A stretch of 64,000 bases of DNA from an uncultured virus (IMG/VR IMGVR_UViG_3300048576_000363) (taxonomy: Duplodnaviria; Heunggongvirae; Uroviricota; Caudoviricetes), in the IMG/VR virus record IMGVR_UViG_3300048576_000363, positions 1 through 64,000 of that record; one strand, written 5' to 3'. Position 1 is the stretch's first letter, and every line of letters begins with the position of its first letter. This document shows positions 49,254 through 59,226 of the stretch, in pieces. The translations under genes were made by a program, and so were the position numbers. Under the pieces are notes generated by a model. It was not told where the DNA came from. It saw only the letters and a list, made by a program, of their open reading frames with translations, and made no database searches.

Positions 49254-49562
49254 TTAAGCAGCTGCTGGCATCTTCATTTTGTTGATCGTGTCTTGCACTT
49301 GATCTTCTAACGGACGCATATTTTTCTCTAATTCAGCTAGAAACTGCTCCCAAACTTTCTCTTTAAACTTTATATCAAGATTTTTATATGGGACTTTTGT
49401 CTTACCCTGAGGAAATGTTCTTGAATTTATATATTCAAGAAAAGCTTTGTTAATTTCTTTATAATGTTGTTTCAAATATTGTTTCGAAACTGAAGCAAAC
49501 TTTTCGATAAATTCAAGACAAAGTATCTCTTCAGCTGTCTTAAAAATAGCTTCTTTATTCAT
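49254..49562 (-). CDS. Hypothetical protein (possible late/virion protein)
   Basis: AAGGA RBS; preceded by the promoter motif and followed by hairpins, so probably monocistronic. Confidence 0.6.
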   Translation of the reverse strand: MNKEAIFKTAEEILCLEFIEKFASVSKQYLKQHYKEINKAFLEYINSRTFPQGKTKVPYKNLDIKFKEKVWEQFLAELEKNMRPLEDQVQDTINKMKMPAAA

Positions 49563-49615
49563 TTATTTTTCCTTGAAAAAGTACACTTTTTTATTCTAAC
49601 ATTAAAGAACAAAAG

Positions 49616-49631
49616 ATAAAAACAATAGAAA
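49616..49631 (-). promoter_or_regulatory. Candidate late promoter motif
   Basis: Minus strand TTTCTA TTGT TTTTAT, intergenic. Confidence 0.6.
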
Positions 49632-49646
49632 GGTAAGAATTAGCAT

Positions 49647-49859
49647 ATGTCTGAATGTAAAAAATGCAAATGCAAGTATTTTTTCACTGCAAGAAAAGCT
49701 CAACATTATGGTCTTTTTTGCAAAAAATGTCTATCTTGGTTAAAATGGATTCCTATGTCGCAAGTTGACTTTTCATCAACAATTCACGATATATCAAAAT
49801 ATCAAAAATCTACAAATAGCTTGAAATATGATCAAAAATTATCTTATTCTCGCAGGTAG
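49647..49859 (+). CDS. Small zinc-ribbon protein
   Basis: CKKC...HYGLFCKKC..WLKWI, a common phage Zn-ribbon pattern; AAAGG upstream. Confidence 0.55.
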   Translation: MSECKKCKCKYFFTARKAQHYGLFCKKCLSWLKWIPMSQVDFSSTIHDISKYQKSTNSLKYDQKLSYSRR

Positions 49860-50439
49860 AACAAATTGCAATTTCATTATACTCTATTAAATCATGACAT
49901 TTTTTCTTGCAAATCGCACAAGTATTGATTTCTTTTTCAGCTTCAACAAATTCTGGAACAAATTTATCTCTAATAAAAACAAACGTTTTTTCAAGTTCAT
50001 ATTTATTTTCAGGCTGACCTGAACATCTCATAACAAGACCCGTATCGTCACCACCATCATAATTAAATGACTCTATTGACCATTGTAACAATCCAAATTT
50101 CTCTCTTATTTTTGTTGCTAATCTCGAACTATTAAAACAAATTCTAATTTCAAGTTCTATTTGTTGTTTGTCTAATTTATCATTAGAAGATAAACGAAAA
50201 TCTACAAAACATAACCCTTCAAGACGTTTTCCGTTTTTATCTTCAAACATAATGTAATCGATGTCGACGTCACCAAAAAAAGTTTTCAAAAACTCTTCAA
50301 ACCCTATTAGCCAACAACGACTTTCATTAGTATTTGACAACCAAAATTTGCACGAATTATTTTGTACGCATTCTTCCCCATCTACTAAACACTTATTTGT
50401 ATATGGGAAATATTGTTTCATAACATTTTCAGAGCTCAT
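49810..50439 (-). CDS. Hypothetical protein with C-terminal Zn finger
   Basis: CAIC...ICSTC at the C-terminus. Confidence 0.55.
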   Translation of the reverse strand: MSSENVMKQYFPYTNKCLVDGEECVQNNSCKFWLSNTNESRCWLIGFEEFLKTFFGDVDIDYIMFEDKNGKRLEGLCFVDFRLSSNDKLDKQQIELEIRICFNSSRLATKIREKFGLLQWSIESFNYDGGDDTGLVMRCSGQPENKYELEKTFVFIRDKFVPEFVEAEKEINTCAICKKKCHDLIEYNEIAICSTCENKIIFDHISSYL

Positions 50440-50672
50440 ATATGCTTTCTCGCTATACTTTTTCTACATCCCATTGTCCTGCAAACAGGACAAGCCGCGC
50501 GTATTCTCAATCCTATTTCAAACGTATTCATATAACCAAATAACCTAAATCTTTTTCACACCGGCACGGTGTATTTCTAATTCTTGTCTCACAATATTTA
50601 TAAACTAAATTTAAAGAGTTTTTATCAAGAGTTTTGTGTCACTTGTTTTCAATTTCTTATATACAAAAAATG

Positions 50673-50692
50673 CTATACGATATATCGTATAG
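50673..50692. repeat. Perfect 20-bp palindrome
   Basis: CTATACGATATATCGTATAG equals its own reverse complement; intergenic. Confidence 0.85.
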
Positions 50693-50757
50693 GACAAAAA
50701 TAAACATTTTCCAAACAAAAAACATTCAATCAAATAAAACAACGTAAATGTTAAACA

Positions 50758-50792
50758 AAGGGCCTCTAGCCATAACAAGACTAGAGGCCCTT
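50758..50792 (-). terminator. Rho-independent terminator
   Basis: AAGGGCCTCTAG...CTAGAGGCCCTT 12-bp stem downstream of 50844..51230. Confidence 0.7.
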
Positions 50793-50843
50793 ATAATAAC
50801 TATATTTGTTTTGTCTTTGTATGCTTAGCCTTCACGAACTTAC

Positions 50844-51230
50844 TCAATACACATTTAAAGTTGCACCATTCCATGATGCATACACACGACCTTCTCTTAC
50901 ACTGCCAGTACCGTCATCACAAAATGTAACTTTAAAGTCTCCAATAAGAGTGTTTACGCCCAAATGAAACTCTAAAAAACTTGCTTCTTCTATTTTTTGA
51001 TAATGATGATTTTGTTCTTTAAAAAGAACATTAAAATTTTCAGCTTTCAAGCTCATTATGTTTCTTGCACCCTTAGTCAACTCTCTATAAGACAAATTTT
51101 TGTTTGGCTCTACAGTTTCACATACTTGGCAGATCACAGGTGTACCAACTATTTGTTCAGGTAAACCATTAAGAGGTGGTGCTTCTTGACAATCTAATGC
51201 TGCATAAATGACTTTAGTTTTTTCACGCAT
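50844..51230 (-). CDS. Hypothetical protein
   Basis: 128-aa ORF with CxxC. Confidence 0.55.
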   Translation of the reverse strand: MREKTKVIYAALDCQEAPPLNGLPEQIVGTPVICQVCETVEPNKNLSYRELTKGARNIMSLKAENFNVLFKEQNHHYQKIEEASFLEFHLGVNTLIGDFKVTFCDDGTGSVREGRVYASWNGATLNVY

Positions 51231-51234
51231 AGTT

Positions 51235-51969
51235 TTACTCTTTTAATTTTAAATCGTCTGAAGTAAGTTGCTTATTTAATTTTAATGCTTTATCGATTTG
51301 TGCGAAAAGTTTTCTTCGTTTATCGCATTGTTTTAAAAAATGAGAGTTTTTTCTAATAGAATAAACATCTCTAAACGAACCTTTTAAACAAATAGATTTT
51401 GGAAACAAACCACATGAACCACCTAAACTAAAAATCAAATTCCCTAGAAACTCATCTTCTTCTCCGTAAAAACCATCAAAACAAGAATTAAAAAGTCTTT
51501 GTTCTTGAAGAGCTTTGATTTTTGAAATCATTTCTTTTTTTATAACAAACCCGCAAGTATAAACGTTGTTATAATAATCTTGAAACACAGGATTTAGTGT
51601 AAATTCATCTTTTGTAAAAATAGTACGACAATCATTTTCTATTCTTATCAGGCATATGTCATACAAACTTACTGCTTTTAAAACAAGTTCTTCATTCAAA
51701 CCCGAAGGTATTCTATCGCCATCTAAGAACAATGTGTCATCATTTTCTAAAGCATTCAAACCCAAATCACGAGTATAACCAGCCATAAAGCCTGAACCAG
51801 TCTCATTAAGAACAAATTTTTCTCCAAGTTCTGCAGCTTTTTTTGCACCTTCAAAACATCTATCAAATGCAAAAACTCTTTTAAAACTGGGAAGACATGC
51901 TTTTAAAGCGTCTCTCATTTCTTCAATATTTTGTTGTTGATCTTTTGAAACTATAACAACATTGCTCAT
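51235..51969 (-). CDS. GT-A fold (GT2-like) glycosyltransferase
   Basis: VVIVS, AG..RDLG, LFLDGD (DxD), FDG.YGEED. Confidence 0.65.
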   Translation of the reverse strand: MSNVVIVSKDQQQNIEEMRDALKACLPSFKRVFAFDRCFEGAKKAAELGEKFVLNETGSGFMAGYTRDLGLNALENDDTLFLDGDRIPSGLNEELVLKAVSLYDICLIRIENDCRTIFTKDEFTLNPVFQDYYNNVYTCGFVIKKEMISKIKALQEQRLFNSCFDGFYGEEDEFLGNLIFSLGGSCGLFPKSICLKGSFRDVYSIRKNSHFLKQCDKRRKLFAQIDKALKLNKQLTSDDLKLKE

Positions 51970-51984
51970 TTTTACCTCAATACT

Positions 51985-52224
51985 TTAGTTGCGAACATAA
52001 CAAAATGTTTTTAAACTTCTGATAGCATTAGCATATTTCAATGCAGGAATTTGACTTGCAGCATCCTCGTTAAAATAACTATCTTTTAAATTCTCTCTAT
52101 TTTGTGGGTCTTCAAAAGAAAAAATACATTTTGAGCTTTCTTTGTCAGTCTTGACTATCTTGCAACCTACACACTGTAGAAATGATGCAAAATACAAATC
52201 ACTTGTTTTAATAATATTGCTCAT
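51985..52224 (-). CDS. DUF5659-like small protein
   Basis: TSDLYFASFL...G..I........FSF pattern. Start moved to ATG 52224 (AAGGAG RBS). Confidence 0.55.
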   Translation of the reverse strand: MSNIIKTSDLYFASFLQCVGCKIVKTDKESSKCIFSFEDPQNRENLKDSYFNEDAASQIPALKYANAIRSLKTFCYVRN

Positions 52225-52312
52225 TACTGGGCTCCTTAGAATTACTGCATTAATCATTTTCAAAATCTAAGATGTTTAAAGTCTACACACTGTAATCATA
52301 AACTTTATCATA

Positions 52313-52328
52313 ATAAAAACTATAGAAA
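52313..52328 (-). promoter_or_regulatory. Candidate late promoter motif in the divergent intergenic region
   Basis: Minus strand TTTCTA TAGT TTTTAT. Confidence 0.6.
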
Positions 52329-52409
52329 AACAAAACTTTCGTTGTTTTTTTCTTGTTTTTATAACGTATCTACTACAAAACAGCTTGCTCTTAACTTTAG
52401 GGAGTGAAA

Positions 52410-55400
52410 ATGGCATATAATGAACGCCTCATCGATTCAACATTAAATCAAGTAATTGATAATCTTGTAAATTATGTTGCAACATCGACAAATACAATTC
52501 GAATACCATCAAACATGACTGTCATAGGAAACATAACAGTTCCAAAATCGTGTTCACTATTCTTTTCAAATGGTGCTAGGTTGATTCATAGCACTTATAC
52601 GCTTACATTTCATGGAAATATAGTAGGCGACCCAATGTGGCAAATATTTGATGGTACAGGAGTTGTAACGTTTAATAATGGCTCTGTACCTCATGTTAGA
52701 CCTGAATGGTGGGGTGTAGATTATTCTGTAGATTGCACATCATCAGTCCAAAAAGCTATTAATTCAGTTTCTACTGGTGGTGTTGTAATTTTATCAGCAG
52801 CAAACTACATTATCAATGGTCCTCTTACAAATAATACGGGTGCTATCATCGTAAACTATAGCAACGTCAATTTATTTAATCTTCTTCCTGCAAGTTCTTT
52901 TTTTAGAGGCGTCACTTTTGGAGGTTCTCTAGAAGCTAAAACTGGTATTTTTAACAGTGCATCAATTCCAAAACTTTCAAATCTTAATACTAATGGAGTT
53001 ATAAGAACATCAGGAAGTGATGGAACATTAATTGTTGATACAGTTGGTGTTTTTGGACCTACAGGAGTTCAAGGTTCAACAGGAACACAAGGTTCTACTG
53101 GTCTAAAAGGTGAAACTGGTATCCAAGGTTTTACTGGACTATCAGGTGTTGGTGCTCAAGGTACTACAGGAATACAAGGTGAAACTGGTGTCAAAGGTGA
53201 AACTGGCATTCAAGGTGAAACAGGAATAAAAGGTGATACAGGAATACAAGGTATCACAGGTATTGGTTATATAGGTTCTGATGGTGCAACAGGACTTCAA
53301 GGTGAGACTGGTATTCAGGGTCAAACTGGGACACAAGGTGAAACTGGATTACAAGGTAGAACGGGTATTGGTGGTTCTACAGGCTTTAGAGGATTTACTG
53401 GTGCTCAAGGTTTACAAGGCCAAACAGGTATACAAGGTCATACTGGATTACAAGGTACTATAGGAATTCAAGGTGCAACTGGTTCTCAAGGCTTTACAGG
53501 TTTTGGTGTAACTGGTAATCAAGGACATACAGGTCTTGGTTTCACAGGTTTGCAAGGACCTACAGGAGTACAAGGAACAACAGGTACGCAAGGTCAAACA
53601 GGCGTACAAGGTAGTACTGGTATAGGTTCTGTAGGAATACAAGGTGAAACAGGAGTTGGTTATACAGGAATTCAGGGACATACAGGTATCCAAGGCGACA
53701 CAGGTTTGGGTGCAACAGGACTTCAAGGTATTACAGGAACAATTGGTGAAACAGGACTACAAGGTAGTACTGGAGTTCAAGGAGTAACAGGATTAGGTTA
53801 TACTGGTATTCAAGGTCCTACTGGAGCTTATGGTGGTCCTCAAGGGGATACAGGCCTTCAAGGCGTTCAAGGACCTACTGGAGCTTATGGAGGTCCTCAA
53901 GGTGCTACTGGTCTGCAAGGCATACAAGGTCAAGGTGGACCCCAAGGTGATCAAGGAGAGACTGGTTTAGCTGGCATCGGAATTACTGGTGTTCAAGGTT
54001 TAACAGGTTCACAAGGACAAACAGGAATTCAAGGTCAAACTGGTTTAGGAATTCAAGGTCAAACTGGTGTACAAGGTGTTACTGGTACACCAGGAACTCA
54101 AGGAATTACTGGTATTCAGGGAAATACAGGTTTTGGTATTCAAGGAACAACTGGTTTACAAGGCATACAAGGCCAAGGTGGTCCTATAGGTGACAAAGGT
54201 GAAACAGGAGTTGGTTTTACAGGTATTCAGGGACAAACAGGACTTCAAGGTATTCAAGGAAATACAGGTATTGGCGTTCAAGGTCCTACAGGAGCTTATG
54301 GTGGTCCTCAAGGTGAAACAGGAGTTAAAGGTGAAACAGGAGTTCAGGGAGAAACAGGACTTCAAGGCATAAAAGGTGACACAGGAGTACAAGGCGACAC
54401 TGGAATTCAAGGATTCACTGGTGTAAAAGGTGATACAGGTATAGGTTTCCAAGGAGAGACAGGAACTCAAGGCATACAAGGTTCTACTGGTACAATTGGA
54501 GAAACAGGATTACAAGGTATTACAGGATTAATTGGTTATACAGGAATTCAGGGAACACAAGGACCTACAGGAGCTTATGGTGGTCCTCAAGGTGAAACTG
54601 GTCTTCAAGGTCCTGCAGGAATTCAGGGCGAAACAGGTTCTTTAGGCTTAGGTGGATCTACAGGTTTACAAGGCTCAACAGGTCTTCAAGGCCTTGTAGG
54701 ATCACAAGGTTTAACAGGTATACAAGGTGAAACAGGTCCGCAAGGTTACGGAGAAACTGGTCTTCAAGGCGTAACTGGGTCACAAGGTTCTGCAGGTCTC
54801 CAAGGAGAGACAGGAATACAAGGTAATACAGGTTTTGGACTTCAGGGCGTTACTGGTTTCCAGGGAGAAACAGGATCACAAGGTGATAGTGGAGAAACAG
54901 GATTACAAGGTACAACTGGTCTAGAAGGAGTCACTGGTTTACAAGGCATAACAGGTTTTCAAGGAACAACAGGACTTTATGGTTTTACAGGAGTTCAGGG
55001 AGAAACAGGCTTACAAGGTAATGGTGCAACAGGATTACAGGGAACAACAGGTATTCAAGGTTCTACAGGTTTTCAAGGAACAACAGGTCTTGCTGTAAAT
55101 CCTTCTTCATTTTCTTTTAATAATGTTGCACGCTATGAAGTGATCGGAGCTTCTGGTGAAGAAGTATGGGTTGAGTCAAGTTCTACAGTTTATCAAAGGC
55201 TTACTTGGTCAAGAACAGGAACATCATTAATGATTGACTTGAATAATCATGGTCACACAGCAGGAAACAGAGTTATTGTAAGAAATACTAACGTTGATTA
55301 TCAAGTTGCTACTATTGATTCAACCACACAAAACTCATTTGTTATAACGACATCTAACACAGGTGATGCTTCAGGTACTGAAGGAGCATATACACTTGGT

Positions 55401-55739
55401 TTTACATTTTCTCATACAGGTTCTCCAAAAACTGGCGGAGTATTATCTGCTCCTACAGGTAGTCATGCTGATGTACAGTTAATTGCATTGAGAATAAGAA
55501 CAGGTACACGTTCAAGCACTACTTACGAACTGACTGTTCCTGCAAGCGCTGTAAATGGTGCAGGTACTAATACTTCTTTAGGCAATTGCTTTATACCAGA
55601 TTTTAATGTTCGTTCTGATAATGACAATCTTGGCGCTGTTGGTTCTACAATAGTTGTCAATAATTCATCATCAGGTTATAACGTTTTCCGTTTTGGAAAC
55701 TTGGGATCACTATCGGTAATTATCGTAACTCATTTCTAA
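52410..55739 (+). CDS. Collagen-like fibre protein 1 (interrupted Gly-X-Y)
   Basis: Tailspike-like N-terminal domain (VRPEWWG..DCT..VQKAINS), roughly 680 aa of G-X-T/G-X-Q repeats, C-terminal beta domain. ATG 52410 follows an AGGGAG RBS. Confidence 0.9.
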   Translation: MAYNERLIDSTLNQVIDNLVNYVATSTNTIRIPSNMTVIGNITVPKSCSLFFSNGARLIHSTYTLTFHGNIVGDPMWQIFDGTGVVTFNNGSVPHVRPEWWGVDYSVDCTSSVQKAINSVSTGGVVILSAANYIINGPLTNNTGAIIVNYSNVNLFNLLPASSFFRGVTFGGSLEAKTGIFNSASIPKLSNLNTNGVIRTSGSDGTLIVDTVGVFGPTGVQGSTGTQGSTGLKGETGIQGFTGLSGVGAQGTTGIQGETGVKGETGIQGETGIKGDTGIQGITGIGYIGSDGATGLQGETGIQGQTGTQGETGLQGRTGIGGSTGFRGFTGAQGLQGQTGIQGHTGLQGTIGIQGATGSQGFTGFGVTGNQGHTGLGFTGLQGPTGVQGTTGTQGQTGVQGSTGIGSVGIQGETGVGYTGIQGHTGIQGDTGLGATGLQGITGTIGETGLQGSTGVQGVTGLGYTGIQGPTGAYGGPQGDTGLQGVQGPTGAYGGPQGATGLQGIQGQGGPQGDQGETGLAGIGITGVQGLTGSQGQTGIQGQTGLGIQGQTGVQGVTGTPGTQGITGIQGNTGFGIQGTTGLQGIQGQGGPIGDKGETGVGFTGIQGQTGLQGIQGNTGIGVQGPTGAYGGPQGETGVKGETGVQGETGLQGIKGDTGVQGDTGIQGFTGVKGDTGIGFQGETGTQGIQGSTGTIGETGLQGITGLIGYTGIQGTQGPTGAYGGPQGETGLQGPAGIQGETGSLGLGGSTGLQGSTGLQGLVGSQGLTGIQGETGPQGYGETGLQGVTGSQGSAGLQGETGIQGNTGFGLQGVTGFQGETGSQGDSGETGLQGTTGLEGVTGLQGITGFQGTTGLYGFTGVQGETGLQGNGATGLQGTTGIQGSTGFQGTTGLAVNPSSFSFNNVARYEVIGASGEEVWVESSSTVYQRLTWSRTGTSLMIDLNNHGHTAGNRVIVRNTNVDYQVATIDSTTQNSFVITTSNTGDASGTEGAYTLGFTFSHTGSPKTGGVLSAPTGSHADVQLIALRIRTGTRSSTTYELTVPASAVNGAGTNTSLGNCFIPDFNVRSDNDNLGAVGSTIVVNNSSSGYNVFRFGNLGSLSVIIVTHF

Positions 55740-55758
55740 AAAGAGAGTAGAATGTTTT

Positions 55759-58700
55759 ATGGCAAGAATAATAAATGGGTCTCTTTATGTAAGCTCATAT
55801 GACCCAACAAGTACTCCGGGAGAGTACACTTTCACTAATGCTGTATTTGATAATCAAGCTGATGCAACAAATCTTGGTTCATTAGACATTCAAATTGGAT
55901 TTATAGTTTATGTACCTGCTTTAGATCCTAATTTGATGACTCTTGTACCTGGTGTTTGTCATAGGTACAGAATTACATCAATACAAAATGCAGATGGGTA
56001 TTACATATCAGCAACAATCTTTTGGGATGAAGATGGTGAACAAATAGATCTTCCTGCTTTTGAATCTTATGCTATTTGTTGCGAAAACACATCTGCTTTA
56101 GATTTAGGCTTATATGCTTCCAATGAAATTTATTCTAATTTACCTGGTGGCATTGTTGCAAGTGCAGCTACTATAGATGCTAAACGGATTTTAGATAAAC
56201 TTGGAGTAACAGGTTTAAACGGGTTGACAGGTCTCCAAGGAAATACTGGATTTCAAGGTCAAACTGGACTGCAGGGTACTACTGGTTTAAATGGCATACA
56301 AGGATCTACAGGTCTTGATGGTCTCCAAGGTAACACAGGTCTTCAAGGTGTTACTGGTCAAAATGGAATCCAAGGTGACACAGGTTTAGTTGGGTCACAG
56401 GGTACTACTGGACTACAAGGTTTCCAAGGAACAACAGGTCTAACAGGTCAAACTGGAATTGCTGGTAGTCAAGGAAACACTGGTTTGCAAGGAAGTACAG
56501 GATTAGAAGGTGCTCAAGGTATAACAGGTGTTCAGGGTAATACAGGCATCGAAGGTATACAAGGTACTACAGGTTTAGATGGTGTTCAGGGAATTACAGG
56601 TCTTCAAGGCCAAACAGGAGTTTCTGGTAATCAAGGTGCTACAGGTTCGCAAGGCAATACTGGTTTACAAGGTTTTACTGGTATTCAAGGAATTACTGGG
56701 TTTGTTGGCGAAACAGGCGTACAAGGTACAACTGGACTTATTGGTCTTCAAGGTCAAACAGGTTTAGATGGATCACAAGGTACTACTGGTCTTGTTGGTG
56801 AAACTGGCTTAAAAGGTGAACAAGGAGATACAGGTCTCCAAGGATTAACGGGAGTTCAAGGTGAAACAGGACTTCAAGGAATACAAGGTTTTACTGGTGT
56901 GCAAGGAGTTCAAGGAAATACTGGTACACAAGGAACTACAGGGATTCAAGGAGTACAAGGAGATACAGGTACTCAGGGAATTCAAGGAACTACAGGTTTA
57001 CAGGGAGAAACTGGAATTCAAGGAGACACAGGTACACAAGGTACTCAGGGAGTTCAAGGAACTACAGGGTTAACAGGTGATCAAGGTTCTACTGGTCTCA
57101 ATGGTCTACAAGGAGTTCAAGGAAGTACAGGACTGAAAGGAGATCAGGGTACTACAGGTTTTATTGGTGAAACAGGTGTACAAGGTACTACAGGTCTTAT
57201 TGGTATTCAGGGTTTTACTGGTTTAGAAGGATCACAAGGAAACACTGGATTTCAAGGTACAACTGGACTTATTGGTCTTCAAGGTCAAACAGGTTTAGAA
57301 GGTTCACAAGGTACAACAGGCTTAGATGGAATACAGGGTACTACTGGATTACAAGGCTCTACAGGTACTGAAGGAATTCAAGGTGAAACAGGCTTACAAG
57401 GTTTCACTGGTTTAGAAGGTATTCAAGGCGTTACAGGTCTTGATGGTATTCAAGGAGCTACAGGAATTCAAGGTTTTACGGGTTCTCAAGGTCAAACAGG
57501 TTTAAATGGTATACAGGGTAACACGGGAATACAAGGAATAACAGGTCTTGAAGGAATTCAAGGTACTACAGGTCAACAAGGTATTCAGGGCGAAACTGGT
57601 CTTGTTGGTGTAACAGGAATTCAAGGTATTACAGGTCTTATAGGAGAAACAGGTTCACAAGGTCGCACTGGTCTTCAAGGTTTTCAGGGTCAAACTGGAA
57701 TTCAGGGTGTTACTGGTCTACAGGGAATAACAGGCATTATTGGATCAACAGGTTTTCAAGGCTTAACAGGTTTACAGGGTATTCAAGGTAATACAGGTAC
57801 CCAAGGAATTCAGGGAGTAACAGGATTACAAGGTACTACAGGACTAGAAGGACTCCAAGGTCAAACTGGCTTAGATGGAATACAGGGTGACACTGGTATT
57901 CAAGGATCTACAGGCTTACAAGGTGCACAGGGCAATACTGGACTTCAGGGATTTACTGGAATACAAGGCATACAAGGTTTAACTGGATTGATTGGCAGTC
58001 AAGGTCAAACAGGAATTGAGGGTATTCAAGGAGACACAGGAGTTCAAGGTCAAACAGGATTACAAGGACTTGTAGGTCAAACTGGTATACAAGGTGATAC
58101 AGGAATTCAAGGAGGAACTGGTGTCCAAGGATTTCAGGGAATCACTGGTATTCAAGGGACAACAGGTCTAATTGGTATTCAAGGTAGTACAGGTATACAA
58201 GGTTTTACTGGTTCTAATGGATTACAAGGTACTACAGGTACACAAGGTTCAACTGGTGTCCAAGGAATTACAGGTTTGATTGGATCTACTGGTTTACAAG
58301 GTCTAGACGGATTAGAGGGTCAACAAGGTTTAACTGGAATACAAGGATCAACAGGAATTCAAGGTGTTACAGGTTTAACTGGATCAACTGGAATACAAGG
58401 TCTTCAAGGTACACAAGGAGTAACAGGACTCATAGGTCTTACGGGTCAAACTGGTATTCAGGGAATAACAGGTGCGATAGGAATAACAGGTATTCAAGGC
58501 TCTACTGGATTACAAGGACAAACAGGACTCCAAGGTATACAAGGTATTACAGGTTTGAGAGGTTTTACAGGTCTACAAGGTCAAACTGGAATTCAAGGAG
58601 CTACTGGAATACAGGGAACAACAGGTGTACAAGGTCAAACAGGAATTCAAGGAACAACAGGTTTGATTGGTACTACAGGATTAAATGGTATTCAAGGAGT

Positions 58701-59208
58701 AACAGGTTTTGTAGGACAAACCGGTATACAAGGTATTCAAGGTTCAACTGGTGTACAAGGTCAAACTGGTATTCAAGGTGTAACAGGCTTACAGGGTGTG
58801 ACAGGACTTGTTGGCCAAACAGGTATTCAAGGTGTAACGGGTATAGGTTTTGTCACTAATAATTATGTTACTAGTACAACTACAGCAACTACTACAAGTA
58901 CTACATTTGTTCTTGCTACAGGTATGACAGTTACACCTGCTTCAGGAACATATTTAGTGTTATTTTCTGGAAGCATTTCACATTCAAGTAATTCAGCAAC
59001 TACTTATATGACTATATATAGTGGTGGTTCACAAGTAGCTGCTTCAGAACAAAGATATAATCCAGGACAAACTAACGATCCTAGTACTTTTTGTACTACA
59101 GCTGTAGTGACTGTAAATGGCTCACAAGCAATTGCAGGATATTGGAGAGTCACAGCAAATACAGGCTCTATGTATCAGCGACAACTTATAGTTTTAAAAT
59201 TAGCTTAA
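55759..59208 (+). CDS. Collagen-like fibre protein 2 (uninterrupted Gly-X-Y)
   Basis: About 290 consecutive triplets (approx. 56203-58842); C-terminal jelly-roll-like domain (GTYLVLFSGS) reminiscent of BclA/C1q-type trimerisation domains. Confidence 0.9.
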   Translation: MARIINGSLYVSSYDPTSTPGEYTFTNAVFDNQADATNLGSLDIQIGFIVYVPALDPNLMTLVPGVCHRYRITSIQNADGYYISATIFWDEDGEQIDLPAFESYAICCENTSALDLGLYASNEIYSNLPGGIVASAATIDAKRILDKLGVTGLNGLTGLQGNTGFQGQTGLQGTTGLNGIQGSTGLDGLQGNTGLQGVTGQNGIQGDTGLVGSQGTTGLQGFQGTTGLTGQTGIAGSQGNTGLQGSTGLEGAQGITGVQGNTGIEGIQGTTGLDGVQGITGLQGQTGVSGNQGATGSQGNTGLQGFTGIQGITGFVGETGVQGTTGLIGLQGQTGLDGSQGTTGLVGETGLKGEQGDTGLQGLTGVQGETGLQGIQGFTGVQGVQGNTGTQGTTGIQGVQGDTGTQGIQGTTGLQGETGIQGDTGTQGTQGVQGTTGLTGDQGSTGLNGLQGVQGSTGLKGDQGTTGFIGETGVQGTTGLIGIQGFTGLEGSQGNTGFQGTTGLIGLQGQTGLEGSQGTTGLDGIQGTTGLQGSTGTEGIQGETGLQGFTGLEGIQGVTGLDGIQGATGIQGFTGSQGQTGLNGIQGNTGIQGITGLEGIQGTTGQQGIQGETGLVGVTGIQGITGLIGETGSQGRTGLQGFQGQTGIQGVTGLQGITGIIGSTGFQGLTGLQGIQGNTGTQGIQGVTGLQGTTGLEGLQGQTGLDGIQGDTGIQGSTGLQGAQGNTGLQGFTGIQGIQGLTGLIGSQGQTGIEGIQGDTGVQGQTGLQGLVGQTGIQGDTGIQGGTGVQGFQGITGIQGTTGLIGIQGSTGIQGFTGSNGLQGTTGTQGSTGVQGITGLIGSTGLQGLDGLEGQQGLTGIQGSTGIQGVTGLTGSTGIQGLQGTQGVTGLIGLTGQTGIQGITGAIGITGIQGSTGLQGQTGLQGIQGITGLRGFTGLQGQTGIQGATGIQGTTGVQGQTGIQGTTGLIGTTGLNGIQGVTGFVGQTGIQGIQGSTGVQGQTGIQGVTGLQGVTGLVGQTGIQGVTGIGFVTNNYVTSTTTATTTSTTFVLATGMTVTPASGTYLVLFSGSISHSSNSATTYMTIYSGGSQVAASEQRYNPGQTNDPSTFCTTAVVTVNGSQAIAGYWRVTANTGSMYQRQLIVLKLA

Positions 59209-59226
59209 CATAAATGGGAGCACTTA

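Noticed and set aside
50436..50531. 31-codon minus-strand ORF (MNTFEIGLRIRAACPVCRTMGCRKSIARKHI) overlapping the next start
   Set aside because: Too short and without a clear RBS; the CxxC and ATGA overlap are suggestive but insufficient.
50440..50843. tRNA or structured ncRNA in the larger intergenic gaps
   Set aside because: No cloverleaf or T-loop consensus recognised; only a palindrome and a terminator hairpin.
53814..54595. Four near-identical ~32-bp repeats suggesting a CRISPR array
   Set aside because: Spacing is irregular, they are in frame within the collagen ORF, differences fall at synonymous sites, and no cas genes are visible.
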